Below, one piece after another: positions 13,380 to 25,510 of a stretch of DNA of 64,000 nucleotides. Source of the stretch: Octopus sinensis (taxonomy: Eukaryota); NCBI RefSeq assembly GCF_006345805.1, contig NC_043014.1, positions 1,488,001 to 1,552,000 of the forward strand, given 5' to 3'. Under the pieces are notes generated by a model. That model was not told where the DNA came from and searched no databases. It saw only the letters and a program-made list of their open reading frames with translations. Each line of letters opens with the position of its first letter. Position 1 is the stretch's first letter. The position numbers and the translations under genes are program-made.

Positions 13380-13903
13380 TAGCAGCTCAGAGCAGATTTC
13401 CATCCTTGTCTCCTTCAAATCAGATGTCCCCTCTGCCAAAGCACCAACTTGGCACACACTTTCCGACCCTCCCAAAATCTTCCAGCCTTTTCTATTATGC
13501 ATTGTGATCACAGTCCAGTTGTGCCGCAAGGTCACAGACTCTAACTGCAAATATTAAATCTCTCCTTAGCATTGTGAAACATATTTTGAAGTATTTCAGG
13601 AGCTGTCTCTTGCACTGCTAACCGAATGCATTCTTCAAAATCAGCTAAAGTATTACTGCATCCTGGGGTTGGAGGAAGAGAAAATGATTGCAGCCAGATT
13701 GAAAAAAAGCTGTCGCAGACAGATAAGCGAGATCCGACAGGAATGAAAATAAAGTTATTTAAAAAACTACAAAGTTATGAACAAAATTAAAATTCAGTAC
13801 ACTTTTAACACATACTGAACAGGATAAACAAATAAAAGTCAGCTTTTTTAAAAAAATTGTCCAATTTCAATGAAATATGTAATTAATTCTAGGTCTCCCT
13901 GTA
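13380..13903 (-). mobile_element. Highly degenerate mariner/Tc1 5' remnant
   Basis: TACAGGGAGACC-type terminus at 13903 on the minus strand; weak peptide similarity VCDLAAQLDCDH...GRVGKCVP to the second HTH/WVPH region. Confidence 0.35.
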
Positions 13904-13963
13904 TAACCGAAACTATAGGCTAGCACAACGTTATCAAGGCAATTCACAATATATATGTGCAGA

Positions 13964-14181
13964 AGGCGGCGAGCTGGCAGAATTGTTAGCACGCCGGGCG
14001 AAATGCTTAGTGGCATTTCGTCTATCTTTATGTTCTGAGTTCAAATTCCCCCGAGGTCAACTTTGCCTTTCATCCTTTTCGGGGTCGATAAATTAAGTAC
14101 CAGTTGCGTACTGGGGTCGATCTGATTAACTGGCGCCCCCCCCCCCAAAAAATTTCGTGGCATGTGCCTAGAGTAGAAAAG
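13964..14181 (+). mobile_element. SINE family A (GGCCCC...GTGCCTAGAGTAGAAAAG tail type)
   Basis: Full head and body match to the other copies. Confidence 0.92.
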
Positions 14182-15045
14182 CCTATATATGTGTATATAT
14201 GTGTGTGTGTGTGCGTGTGTGAACACATGGCCAAGTGGTTACGTTGTTGCAAAAATGAGAGCGAGTTCCTGAACTGGATGATGCGTTTTTTTGTTGTTTT
14301 TTTTGAGTGAACCTCTTCATCTCACTTTGTCTCACGATTACTTTGACACATAATGTGTGGTACGATGTTCACCTGTACAGGTAATGTCGATTTTATTGAG
14401 CGAGCGAGGTAATATACAATACAAACATTTGATCACTAGAAGCAAATCAATTCTTCAGGTCGTTCCGTAAAGAAATTGCAGAAACGTCTTTCTTGGACCA
14501 CTAAGGACTGCTCTCATAATCCTATGTGTACATAGGCGTGGTGGAACAGGGATCGTGGGGTCGCAGCTAAAACCTGTTCTCCTGCCTCATTTCATGTTTG
14601 TCATTTTGTTTTGTGAACTGTTTTACCATTCGTATTATCATTAGATTTCATAAATCCTTAAATCCTTAAAAATGTTTTAGCTCGAAGGCCGCGGCCATGC
14701 TGGGGCACCACCGCTGGTTTTTCATAGTAAATTTTTAAACTCATTTTGTGTGCCTGACCCCAATTCGGGCTGTATTGTCCCGTCTATGTTGGCCCCGTGT
14801 GGGCAATAAAGAACCCAGGCGTATATGTATAAATGCATGGATGTATATATTAATTCAAACAAACCAGACATTGTGCAACCATCTATATTTCCCCACCATC
14901 CATCCATCCAACAGTGAATTTGTCTGAAACAGAAGACATTGCAAACCCACCAGCCAGACCATCCAACTCGCAGATCGTTCCCATGGTGATACAGCGAACC
15001 AATTGCCGTAGATATGCTTTACAGCTACCTGAGGTATTTATAGAT

Positions 15046-15210
15046 CTACCTACACGGCAGCTTGGGTAGGATTGCTGCCACCACCGTGTACTTAGCTTCG
15101 CTTGGAACTGATGATGTTGCTGTTGTGGTTGTTGTGGTTACTGGCGGTGGCGGTGGTGGTGGCGGTGGCGGTGGTGGTACTGTGAAACTTTTCTCTTGGG
15201 TTACGTTCAT
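15046..15210 (-). other. Candidate exon / small ORF behind a strong splice acceptor
   Basis: TTTTTTCTTTTATTTTAG|ATG at 15210; 54-codon frame MNVTQEKSFTV-P12-VTTTTTTATSSVPSEAKYTVVAAILPKLPCR*. No homology recognised. Confidence 0.3.
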
Positions 15211-15338
15211 CTAAAATAAAAGAAAAAACCCCAAATACCAATCAAACCAAATCTACAAAGAAAGTTTAATTACACAAACATGCGCGTGCACACACACATA
15301 TTCTAAGTGTTGTATATCTATAATATATATATATATAT

Positions 15339-15375
<37 letters not shown>

Positions 15376-15479
15376 TATATATATACATATGTATGTATAT
15401 ATATATACAGTGGTGTGTATATATATATGTTTTATATAATGTTAATTACACACACACGTACACACACACACACATACAT

Positions 15480-15527
<48 letters not shown>

Positions 15528-15584
15528 GTATGTATATAATACATGTATGTGTGTATATACGAGTTTTATATAAAGGTTAATTAT

Positions 15585-15626
<42 letters not shown>

Positions 15627-15637
15627 GTATACTGTTT

Positions 15638-15850
15638 GTCGGCTCAGTAGTTAGAGCGTCGAGCTTACGATCGTGAGAGGTTGTGAGTTCGAATCCCGGA
15701 CCGGGCTGCATGTTGTCTTCTTGAGCAAGACACTCTATTTCATGTTGCTCCAGTTCACTCACCTGTAGAAATGAGTTGTGACATCACAGGTGCCAAGCTG
15801 TATCGGACCCTTTGCCTTTCCCTTGGCTAACACTGGTGGCGTGGAGAGGA
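15638..15850 (+). mobile_element. tRNA-derived CORE-like SINE with a different tail
   Basis: GGCTCAGTAGTTAGAGCG A box, GAGTTCGAATCCC B box, TTCTTGAGCAAGACACT core. Confidence 0.85.
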
Positions 15851-16126
15851 TACTGTTTCTTAAAGCCGAAAACATCTTAACAAACTGTATTCAGTTTCGC
15901 GTTACCGTTCGTCGAACTGTTGTGATGAATACTGAATTAAAACTGCGATGGTACACGTAATGTAATGTAATACGATGTTGGTATTACAAATGTAATGACT
16001 ACCTTGTATTACACCATATTATATTGCATGTACAATCACAATTGTAATAACTCTCCTTGTTTTGCAATTATGTGCTAACTTGTGTATGTGTGTACGTGTG
16101 TCTGAGTATATATATATATATTTAGT

Positions 16127-16500
16127 GGAGGCGCAATGGCCCAGTGGTTAGGGCAGCAGACTCGCGGTTGTAGGATCGCGGTTTCGATTCCCAGACAGGG
16201 CGTTGTGAGTGTTTATTGAGCGAAAACACCTAAAGCTCCACGAGGCTCCGGCAGGGGATGGTGGTGATCCTTGCTGTACTCTTTCACCACAACTTTCTCT
16301 CGCTCTTACTTCCTGTTTCTGTTGTACCTGTATTTCAAAGGGCCGGCCTTGTCACTCTCTGTGTCACGCTGAATATCCCCGAGAACTACGTTAAGGGTAC
16401 ACGTGTCTGTGGAGTGCTCAGCCACATGCACGTTAATTTCACGAGCAGGCTGTTCTGTTGATCGGATCAACCGGAACCCTCGTCGTCGTAACCGAAGGAG
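16127..16500 (+). mobile_element. SINE family C, full length
   Basis: TGGCCCAGTGGTTAGG and GGTTTCGATTCCC pol III boxes; near-identical to 51009-51375. Confidence 0.92.
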
Positions 16501-16518
16501 TTCATTAATTAAATATTT

Positions 16519-16716
16519 ATGTGACCTCGTGTGTACCGTTGGCGATTTTTTTCCTTCTGTCTTCCCTTCTCTGGATCTTTCCTTCTCCTATGTTTCCGAC
16601 GAAGAGCTCCGCTCGAAACGTTAAACCCTCCTTCTTTCCTGAGCGTCCAATAATACTATATTTGTTCCACGTCCTCGCGTTGTTGTGTTTTTTTGTGCTT
16701 TCTTGTTTGGATTAAC
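16519..16716 (+). mobile_element. Family D: ~200-bp hammerhead-bearing repeat, copy 1 (HHR 16592-16626)
   Basis: GUUU-CCGACGA-A-GAGC-UCC-GCUC-GAAAC-GUU-AAAC; other copies at 24409, 49804 and 53507; ends in (TA)n. Confidence 0.75.
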
Positions 16717-16819
16717 TATATATATATATATATACACACACACATTTGATAGTATATCGTATGATATACACCTGGTAGCTTACCTGTAAAGCACGTTCAC
16801 TTTCAGAGTGTTCGTTGGG

Positions 16820-17074
16820 TATTTGGTTAATGAGAGACGGAAGATGGAAGATACGAGAATGTTTATTAATTACTAGCATCGATCCCTCAAGGGTAAGATC
16901 TCTAAAAACTGATTTAGGAGTATCCGACGGTGTAGATGTGTCTCTTCGGATACTTCTAAGCCAGTTGTTAGGCATTCCACCTGCGAGGGATCGATGGTAG
17001 ATCGGTCGAAACAGTTGTAGTGATTAATAAACATTCTGGTATCTTCCATTTTCCGTCTCACTCATTAATCAAAT
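16820..17074. mobile_element. Foldback (palindromic) element with HHR motif in the right arm (16978-17022)
   Basis: Three nested inverted segments; CAC-CUGCGA-GG-GAUCGAU-GGUAG-AUCGGUC-GAAAC-AGUU-GUA-GUG. Confidence 0.75.
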
Positions 17075-17098
17075 ATATAATATATGCATTTATATTAC

Positions 17099-17142
<44 letters not shown>

Positions 17143-17144
<2 letters not shown>

Positions 17145-17345
17145 GGCAGAAACGTTAGCACACTGGGCGAAATGTGTGGCCGTATTTCGTCTGCCGTTAC
17201 GTTCTGAGTTCAAATTCCGCCGAGGTCGACTTTGCCTTTCATCGTTTCGGGGTCGATAAATTAAGTACCAGTTACGCACTGGAGTCGATATCTGTCCTTG
17301 TTTGTCCCCTCTGTGTTTGGCCCCTTGGGGGTAGTAAAGAAATAA
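17143..17345 (+). mobile_element. SINE family A
   Basis: Match to family; preceded by (TTA)n. Confidence 0.9.
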
Positions 17346-17512
17346 TAATAATAATAATAATAATAATAATTATTATTATTATTATTATTTGCCCTTTTCT
17401 CTGATTCATCTGCATACATGCACTCGCACATAAATGCTTGTGAGTATACATATATATATATGTGTGTGTGCTCGCGCTCGTAATGTATGTATCTCCACAT
17501 ACAGACATAGAT

Positions 17513-17744
17513 ATATTTCTTTACTACCCAAAAGGGGCTAAACATAGAGGGGACAAACAAGGACAGACAAACGGATTAAGTCGATTACATCGACCCCAGT
17601 GCGTAACTGGTACTTAATTTCTCGACCCTGAAAGGATGAAAGGCAAAGTCGACCTCGGCGGAATTTGAACCCAGAACGTAGCGGCAGACGAAATACGGCT
17701 ACACATTTCGCCCGGTGTGCTAACGTTTCTGCAAGTTCGCCGCC
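17513..17744 (-). mobile_element. SINE family A, full length, inverted relative to its neighbour
   Basis: Reverse complement of the 28167-28396 copy. Confidence 0.92.
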
Positions 17745-17785
17745 TGTAGATAAACGTATGTGTATATGCGTGTATGCATGTATGC

Positions 17786-17836
<51 letters not shown>

Positions 17837-18229
17837 GCGCACATGTACATATACATACGCATGTGTACATATGTATATATAATACGCTTTTTGTTTCACG
17901 AATGAGAGAAAGATTACTAAATAAATGCTTTAAAGTATATTATTTCAGCTTCATATATATCACACACACACACACATTCATACACACACACACACACACA
18001 CTATAATCCCACACATACGCTCACACATACACTCCACGCACACAGAGAATACCAGGTATGTTTACTGGTCCATAAGTGTCTGGCTGTATGTCGAGGTGTG
18101 CGTATCAGAGTCTATCAGTTGCGTGGATATAAAAACGAATTTGGTATCTCAAACCAGAAATTATTCCGCTGGATCCGAATAATGGAACACTGTGTTAGAA
18201 TAGAACACCCCTTCTCACCCCACACACGC

Positions 18230-18275
18230 ATGTATACATGTATATATATATTATATATGTATATATACACACATA

Positions 18276-18306
<31 letters not shown>

Positions 18307-18319
18307 ATATACATATACA

Positions 18320-18355
<36 letters not shown>

Positions 18356-18510
18356 CATATATGTATATATGTATATATATATATACATACATATATATAT
18401 ATATACATATATACACACACACACACATATATATATATGTATATATATATATATGTATGCATATGTATATATACATATATATGTGTGTGTATATATGTAT
18501 ATATATATAT

Positions 18511-18550
<40 letters not shown>

Positions 18551-18615
18551 ACGTATATATGTATGTATGCATGCATGTTTGTATGTATGCATGCATGTAT
18601 GTATGTATGCATGTA

Positions 18616-18646
<31 letters not shown>

Positions 18647-18689
18647 GTGTGTGTATGTACGTATGTATGTATGTATGTATGTATGTATG

Positions 18690-18720
<31 letters not shown>

Positions 18721-18762
18721 GTATGTATGTATGTGTGTGTGTGTATGTGTGTATGTATGCAT
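18230..18762. repeat. (TA)n/(TACA)n/(TATG)n compound microsatellite
   Basis: Visible simple repeat. Confidence 0.95.
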
Positions 18763-19037
18763 ACTTCTATAGTTTGCTGTTCCAATATAGGTAGGCACAA
18801 CAAGCAGCGCTCCATCCAGTGAGAAATAAATATAATTCAATACACAAATAATTCTTCCAAAATGGAAAACATTTCTCAAAGCGAGCAACAATCACCAGCT
18901 ACATTATGAAAATTATTGCCACCAAACGTAAAGAAAGTCGGTATGAAATGGCTAAATAGATCTTAGAGAGCTTTGTTCTCTGAAGAGACGGAAGTGATAT
19001 CTCTACCAGAAATACATCAACACGTTGTATACAAGGA

Positions 19038-19340
19038 CTAGCAGTATCGCCCGGCGTTGCTCGGGTTTGTAAGGGAAATAACTATATAAGCATTTTTAGA
19101 GAGTTACTTCCTTTATATAATAGCAAAAAAAATGCATTAAAAATGGGAAAAAATTATGGTAAATTTATTTTAAAATCGTAAACTCATCGTAGACGCGCGC
19201 TAATACCCAGAAGGGCTCGATATGAATCACAACTATAAGATACCCGCTTTTGGTTACACTGCACCGCAAAATGTGGGAGTAGTTAGGAATCTAAATCGTA
19301 GGAGACAGACAGCACACAACCTCACTTTTATATATAAAGA
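19038..19340 (-). mobile_element. Complete non-autonomous Helitron (303 bp)
   Basis: On the minus strand it starts 5'-TC(TTTATATATAAAAG), ends with hairpin CCCGAGCAACGCCGGG then CTAG-3', and sits between A and T with no TSD. Confidence 0.9.
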
Positions 19341-19593
19341 TTACAAAACATTCTCTCCAGATTCGCCTACATCAGAACAGCAGTTCGTTCCATCATCACC
19401 AAGAAATCATTACAGAACTTTCGAAAGAGACCAATTGCATCACGTACACTAGATTAGGCCTAAAAATTTACGAGTAAGAATGGATTAAGCAACCTCGGAT
19501 TAAAAATGGATTAAGCAACCTTGGCTCCACAGAGAAGTTCCACATCATTCAGCATCGTAGAACAATCGCAAATATAAAAGAAATCCTTTAGAG

Positions 19594-19745
19594 TTTCTTT
19601 GACTTGTTTTAGTCATTGGACTGCGGCCATACTGGGGCACCGCCTTGAAGGTTTAGTCGAACAAATCGACCGCAGTGCTTACTTTTTAAGCCTACACTTA
19701 TTTTGTCGGCCACTTTTGCCGAGCCACCATGCTACGGGGACGAAA
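19594..19745 (-). mobile_element. Degenerate SINE-B-like 3' tail
   Basis: ACTTGTTTTAGTCATTGGACTGCGGCCATACTGGGGCACCGCC. Confidence 0.7.
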
Positions 19746-20020
19746 GGAAGCCAGTCTTGCCGAGACATTTTGTTCGAGAATTTCAGGCAAAACCGTGCTT
19801 AATGGCAGACGATAACCAAAGAACAACGCCACCAACGCCGCTTAAAGTTATCTAATTACTGTTGAACCCACTGACGCGAACAGTGGGATTACAAAATGCA
19901 ATGGCAATTCCTTAGGGATATTGTCCCTTACTCACACACACACGTGTGTGCATTTGTGTGTGAGTTTAAATGCATACATACATACATACATACATACATA
20001 TCACATATTATATATATATA

Positions 20021-20077
<57 letters not shown>

Positions 20078-20089
20078 GATAGACAGACA

Positions 20090-20090
20090 G

Positions 20091-20135
<45 letters not shown>

Positions 20136-20136
20136 G

Positions 20137-20197
<61 letters not shown>

Positions 20198-20243
20198 TAT
20201 AGATAGATAGATAGATAGAGATAGCTAGCTAGCTAGCTAACTA

Positions 20244-20296
<53 letters not shown>

Positions 20297-20325
20297 TATA
20301 TATATAGATATATAGATAGATAGAT

Positions 20326-20358
<33 letters not shown>

Positions 20359-20362
20359 GTAG

Positions 20363-20427
<65 letters not shown>

Positions 20428-20470
20428 TATAGATAGATGGATAGAGATAGCTAGCTAGCTAGCTAACTAA
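20090..20470. repeat. (GATA)n/(TA)n/(GCTA)n compound microsatellite with block duplication
   Basis: Visible simple repeat. Confidence 0.95.
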
Positions 20471-20471
20471 C

Positions 20472-21217
20472 TCATAATTTTTAAGTAGTGTTCGTTTTAC
20501 CAAGTGAATATAATTTTTAATTCCATTTATTCCATTTCTCCGTTCATAATTTTAAGTGATGTCCGTTTCTAGAGCGAGATTGTGGGTTGTATGTGTGTGT
20601 GTGGGAGTATGAATAAGTATTGTGTTGAAGTATTTAGCTATTTTATTTATTTATAGTTGCCTAGTCGTTTTATGTGTATGTATAGGGATATATATAGGTG
20701 TGGATTTAGTGTATGTAGTTAGATATGGTTATATATAATTAGTTATATGTGTATGGGTGTATATATAGTTTATTATTATATTATTATTATATTTTTGTTT
20801 TGTTTTATATTTTATATTTTATATTTTATATTTATATTTAATTGTTGATAGGTTTATTTTAGTTTATATATTGTTTATATATTGATTATATATGGGATTA
20901 TATATAGGTTATATATGGATTATATATTTATATTTTTCATTAATACTTTAATTATTTTAAATATTATTTTTATATTTTAAAATATTGATTTTTAGATTGG
21001 AAGTCCACCTGAAGATTGTCGATCAAGACAAGAAACAATTGTAGTGGCGTTTTTTTTTTGACTATTTTTAAATTTTATGTATTGATTAAGTTTTCCTTGT
21101 TTGTTTTGCAAAATAGTGGTTTTGTCTCTAATAATATTTTATAATATTTTACTATAAAATTGGATTTAATCCTAAATCTGATTTTTTTTTCCCTGTAAAT
21201 TTGGATTATTCCCTAAT

Positions 21218-21220
<3 letters not shown>
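20472..21220 (+). mobile_element. T-rich Penelope-pLTR-like element carrying the canonical hammerhead
   Basis: Strong T/A strand skew, no ORF, microsatellite on both sides, HHR about 170 nt before the 3' end. Confidence 0.55.
21005..21047 (+). ncRNA. Type I hammerhead ribozyme (canonical core)
   Basis: Stem I CCAC/GUGG; core CUGAAGA; stem II UUGUC-GAUCAA-GACAA; GAAA; stem III AC-AAUU-GU with palindromic loop; predicted cleavage after GUA (21043). Confidence 0.9.
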
Positions 21221-21283
<63 letters not shown>

Positions 21284-21298
21284 AGAGAGAGAGAGAGA

Positions 21299-21355
<57 letters not shown>

Positions 21356-21475
21356 GATAGATAGATAGAGATAGAGATATAGATAGAGATAGATAGATAG
21401 AGATAGATAGATAGATAGATAGAGTGTATGTGTGTGTGTGGTAAAATGTGTATATGTAAAGCACAATATCCATCC

Positions 21476-21520
<45 letters not shown>

Positions 21521-21935
21521 TGTGTGTGTGAGTGTTTGTGTGTGTGTGTGTGTGTGTGTGTTTTTGTGTGTGTGTGTTTGTGTGTGTGTGTTTGTGTTTA
21601 TGTGTGTGCCATAGAGTTTGACTTTAAGAAGCAAGGATGTGTCACAGAGTAAGAACACACTTCGACATTTAGGGACCAATATTTACAGACTCGCAGACAT
21701 TTCTTGGGTGAGTAGTTCCTCTTCCTTAGTCTGTTATAAGGAATGCGATAATGGTATTTAGAGAAACAGGCATCAGCGCAGGTGGGGAGGAGGAGGAGGA
21801 GAAGAGGAAGACTAGTCATACACCTACTCCCACACACACGTTAACAAACACATTCATACCCATACTTATACATTCAATCACACACACACACATGTATTTG
21901 TGTGCATGTAAAAAAGAACAGTGGTTGTTTACTTT

Positions 21936-21984
<49 letters not shown>

Positions 21985-22192
21985 ATTGATAGACAGGAAG
22001 CTAGATTGATAGAAACACGCATATGCATATATATACATATATGTTCATGGATGTATATATTCACACCCATACACATACACACACAGACACACGCACTTAC
22101 ACACACATACACGCAAACACATGTATATTTATTTTTATTTTATTTATTTATTTATTTAGTTTCAGCTCACAAGCTGTGGCCATGCTGTGGCC

Positions 22193-22253
<61 letters not shown>

Positions 22254-22417
22254 AATAATGTATATATTGGAAATATGAATAGAAATGGCTTTTCTGATGA
22301 TGTTCCCAGTTTAATAATTAGAAAAGTCATTTCTATTCAATTTTTCAAGTATATAAAACTGCACCATTCACTTTCTATTTCTATTTTTTCCACTATACAT
22401 ACTCATACATACATACA

Positions 22418-22452
<35 letters not shown>

Positions 22453-22464
22453 GTATATGTCTAC

Positions 22465-22548
<84 letters not shown>

Positions 22549-22549
<1 letters not shown>

Positions 22550-23587
22550 GTCGACCTTGAGTGACTTCAACACAACCAAAGCATTCTATAGGGGATTAGT
22601 GGAGGGGAGGTACGACGACGAGCTCGGGGCAAACCTGGGCGTCGACGAGGAATACCTGACCCGCCTGTTTCAAACGACTTTCGGCCCGGGACCTATGGAC
22701 AACTTCCAGAGATCCCTGGCCTGGCGGTGCTACCGAGAAGCGCTACCCGTTCGGGATAAGCTCTATAGGCATGGCTCGAGAAACACGGGGCCGACCTGCC
22801 CGAGATGCGGGCAGAGCGACGAAACCCTCTGCACGCAATCGTGCAGTGTCCAGCAATTTCCCACCTGTGGGCTTATGTCGAACGACTGCTGTCACGTGTG
22901 GGACGTGTCGGTTTATCAGCCGAGTCTATCGTTAATATCGTCACGCCTCCTTCCTTCAAACGGGAAGGAAGAGCTATTTTTATCATACTTGTGGCTATGG
23001 CGAAAGAATGTTCTGGTGGACGCGTCTGAAAGGATTAGAGACAAACACTTTCCTCTCTGGTCAATCTCTCATCAACTTCTTCAAGTATCACTTGAAAAAA
23101 AGTGAGAGTAGAGAGGCAAGTTTTGTCTAGTGAATGTTTTAAAAAAAAGATGGGTGAATATAGCAAGGATGGCACGTATGAATGACGAAGCCACCTTGAC
23201 TATGATTCTATGAACCGTAAAAATTAATACAGAGAGTTGCTTATTTGCAAAAAAAAAAAAAAAAAAAAGAAATATAACATGTGACTTCATTGACCGAGGT
23301 TACCGTGGTCTTTTCCGTAGGTTTTTCTTTCCACGGTAAACCTCAACCTGTCCTCCCCTTTACACTTCATTGACATTTCTGTGATAACGATCCCTATTGA
23401 TCATTTTTTTTCCTCTCCCCCTTTTTTTTTAACTCCCCCTCTTTCTCTCCTTTTACGATCCTTTTGATCGACCCCCCCTTTTTTATTTTTATTTTTATTT
23501 TTATTTTTTTTACCTCCAAAAGAAAAGCTCTACCTTGTAATTTGTTCTATCTGTGTGCAGCCCTGTGTGGCTAATAAAGAAACATAT
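22549..23587 (+). mobile_element. Tx1/L1-clade LINE, 5'-truncated ORF2 C-terminus (zf-RVT) plus 3' UTR
   Basis: SLAWRCYREALPVRDKL...CPRCGQSDET-LHAIVQCP...LWAYV is a Cys/His zf-RVT motif; frameshifted; stop at 23211-23213; AATAAA then (TATC)n. Confidence 0.92.
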
Positions 23588-23619
23588 CTATCTATCTATC
23601 CATCCATCTATATATATAT

Positions 23620-23935
23620 ACTTAGAAAACTTAGAAAACTTAGATTTGTTTCGACCAAAGATTGGTCCAGGCCATGTCTAACTTAATAGCACCACCTGAT
23701 AGGATTATTCGAATCCTGTTTAAGTCAAGTTTTGTTTAAGTCAAGTTTTGTTCAAGTAGTGAGTTCTTGTTGGGTGAGTTGTATCCAATTATGGGTGGCT
23801 TATCTGGTATTCTTTGAAGGAATCTATCCAGACTCTGTTTAAAGTTGATGGGATCCTTTTCCTCTTTGATCTCCCTCGGGACAATGTTAAATAGGGCAGG
23901 GCCTGTTGAGGAAAAGAAATTATGTTGCAGTGTAC
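23620..23935 (-). mobile_element. CR1-clade LINE 3' end
   Basis: TLQHNFFSSTGPALFNIVPREIKEEKDPINFKQSLDRFLQRIPDKPPIIGYNSPNKNSLLE; terminal 9-bp tandem repeat (CTAAGTTTT)n. Confidence 0.85.
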
Positions 23936-24408
23936 ATGTATATGTTTATATATATATTTAAATTAATCAGAAATGGATAAAATTCTTGATCAACAAACAA
24001 ATTGACTACCATCGGTTATTATTTTTTTAAAAATATAAACTATAACATTTCTAACACTCGTTTCTGCTTCCAATGTCAGTCAGCGCTACCAAAGAAAATT
24101 CTGAGAATAATATTCGTCATATTCTATAGCACATCCGATCTGGTACATAGAGTTTCATCAGAGAGAAGACAAATACATAAATAAAAGAAAGAGCATGGCC
24201 TCGACGTGAGGAAAGAAGACTTCATATATTAGAATCGTACCATTTTACATTGTCTGTATCCTATAAGCATAGTATGCTTGCATATCCATGCCCAGGGTTA
24301 ACATGGGTAATTTATACCGGTAGTAAAAACGGATATTCTTATCCAAACGCTAACTTACCATACCTATGCTATATATATATATATATATCTATATATATAT
24401 CATAAATA

Positions 24409-24616
24409 ATGTAACCTCGTGTGTACCGTTGGCGATTTTTTTCCCCCTGTCTTCCCTTCTCTGGATCTTTCCTTCTCCTATGTTTTCCGACGAAGAGCTC
24501 CGCTCGAAACGTTAAAACCCTCCTTCTTTCCTTCTTTCCTGAGCGTCCAATAATACTATATTTGTTCCACGTCCTCGCGTTGTTGTGTTTTTTTGTGCTT
24601 TCTTGTTTGGATTAAC
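24409..24616 (+). mobile_element. Family D hammerhead-bearing repeat, copy 2 (HHR 24482-24518)
   Basis: Near-identical to 16519-16716; (TA)n on both sides. Confidence 0.8.
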
Positions 24617-25439
24617 ATATATATATATATGTATATATAATATATATATATATATATATAAATCAAGGATACAAATCCTCTTAAATAGATGTCAGTATCC
24701 AAGTTTCCCAGTTATATCCAGTGTATCAGTGAACACTAAAGATGTTTGCTTTATATATTAAAAGTAAGGATTATTCCGCTGTAGCAATAGAATTTCCTTT
24801 CATCCTATAATTATATTCTGCCTTAAATATATGTAAATTTAGATTTAAACATGGCAATTTAGAATTATCAAATGCAAATATTCAATATACCAAAATAAAC
24901 CCAATCTATAAGTATATTGGAAAAAAATTTTTTGACTCGTGCATGCTGCGCAGCGCACCTGTATTATGAGTCATAGCCTAGACTCGTGGAAATGTGGCCA
25001 TTCGTGTCGGATTTATATTGGAACATTTTAAAGTATTTTGCATTTGATAATTCTAAATTGCTATGTTTAAATCGAAATTTATATGTAACTTTTAATTCTT
25101 CATCGAGTGATATCCAATTCTATATATGTTCTGAGGCAACTTTTAAAAGTGAGGTACATCTGTGTTATTTGTCTGCAAGCATGGGGTATAGCCTGGACAG
25201 GGGTATATTCTGGGCTGTTACACCGCCAATTTTCAATCCTGTTTAGACTCGTTGCGCCTAAACCCCCGCACCAATCGATAAAGCCGCAGAGAGATGCCTG
25301 CATTTAAGTAAATGCGTCGCGACGCGTCACCTCAAATGCATTCTAACTGTAAGGCTTTTTTAAACACGCAAATTAGGGGTTTTGTGTGGTACGTGCATGT
25401 TCAATGGTTCCAAAACCTAGGCTATTGAACCATAAACAT

Positions 25440-25510
25440 CTGAAAATTGGCGACCCCTCCGCGGACCCCCTAAAAATCGCTTCGCAGATCTCAGTTTGGG
25501 AACTAAGGAT
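25440..25510. mobile_element. hAT-type MITE terminus
   Basis: CCGCGGACCCCC...CAGTTTGGGAAC resembles Charlie/hAT MITE ends; the other end was not identified. Confidence 0.4.

Noticed and set aside
16127-16200. tRNA gene-like sequences (also 3065, 15638, 51009, 62549)
   Set aside because: They are SINE heads continuing into SINE bodies, with no complete cloverleaf or terminator.
22023-23105. 360-aa ORF, the longest in the window
   Set aside because: Microsatellite read-through fused to a frameshifted Tx1 ORF2 fragment.
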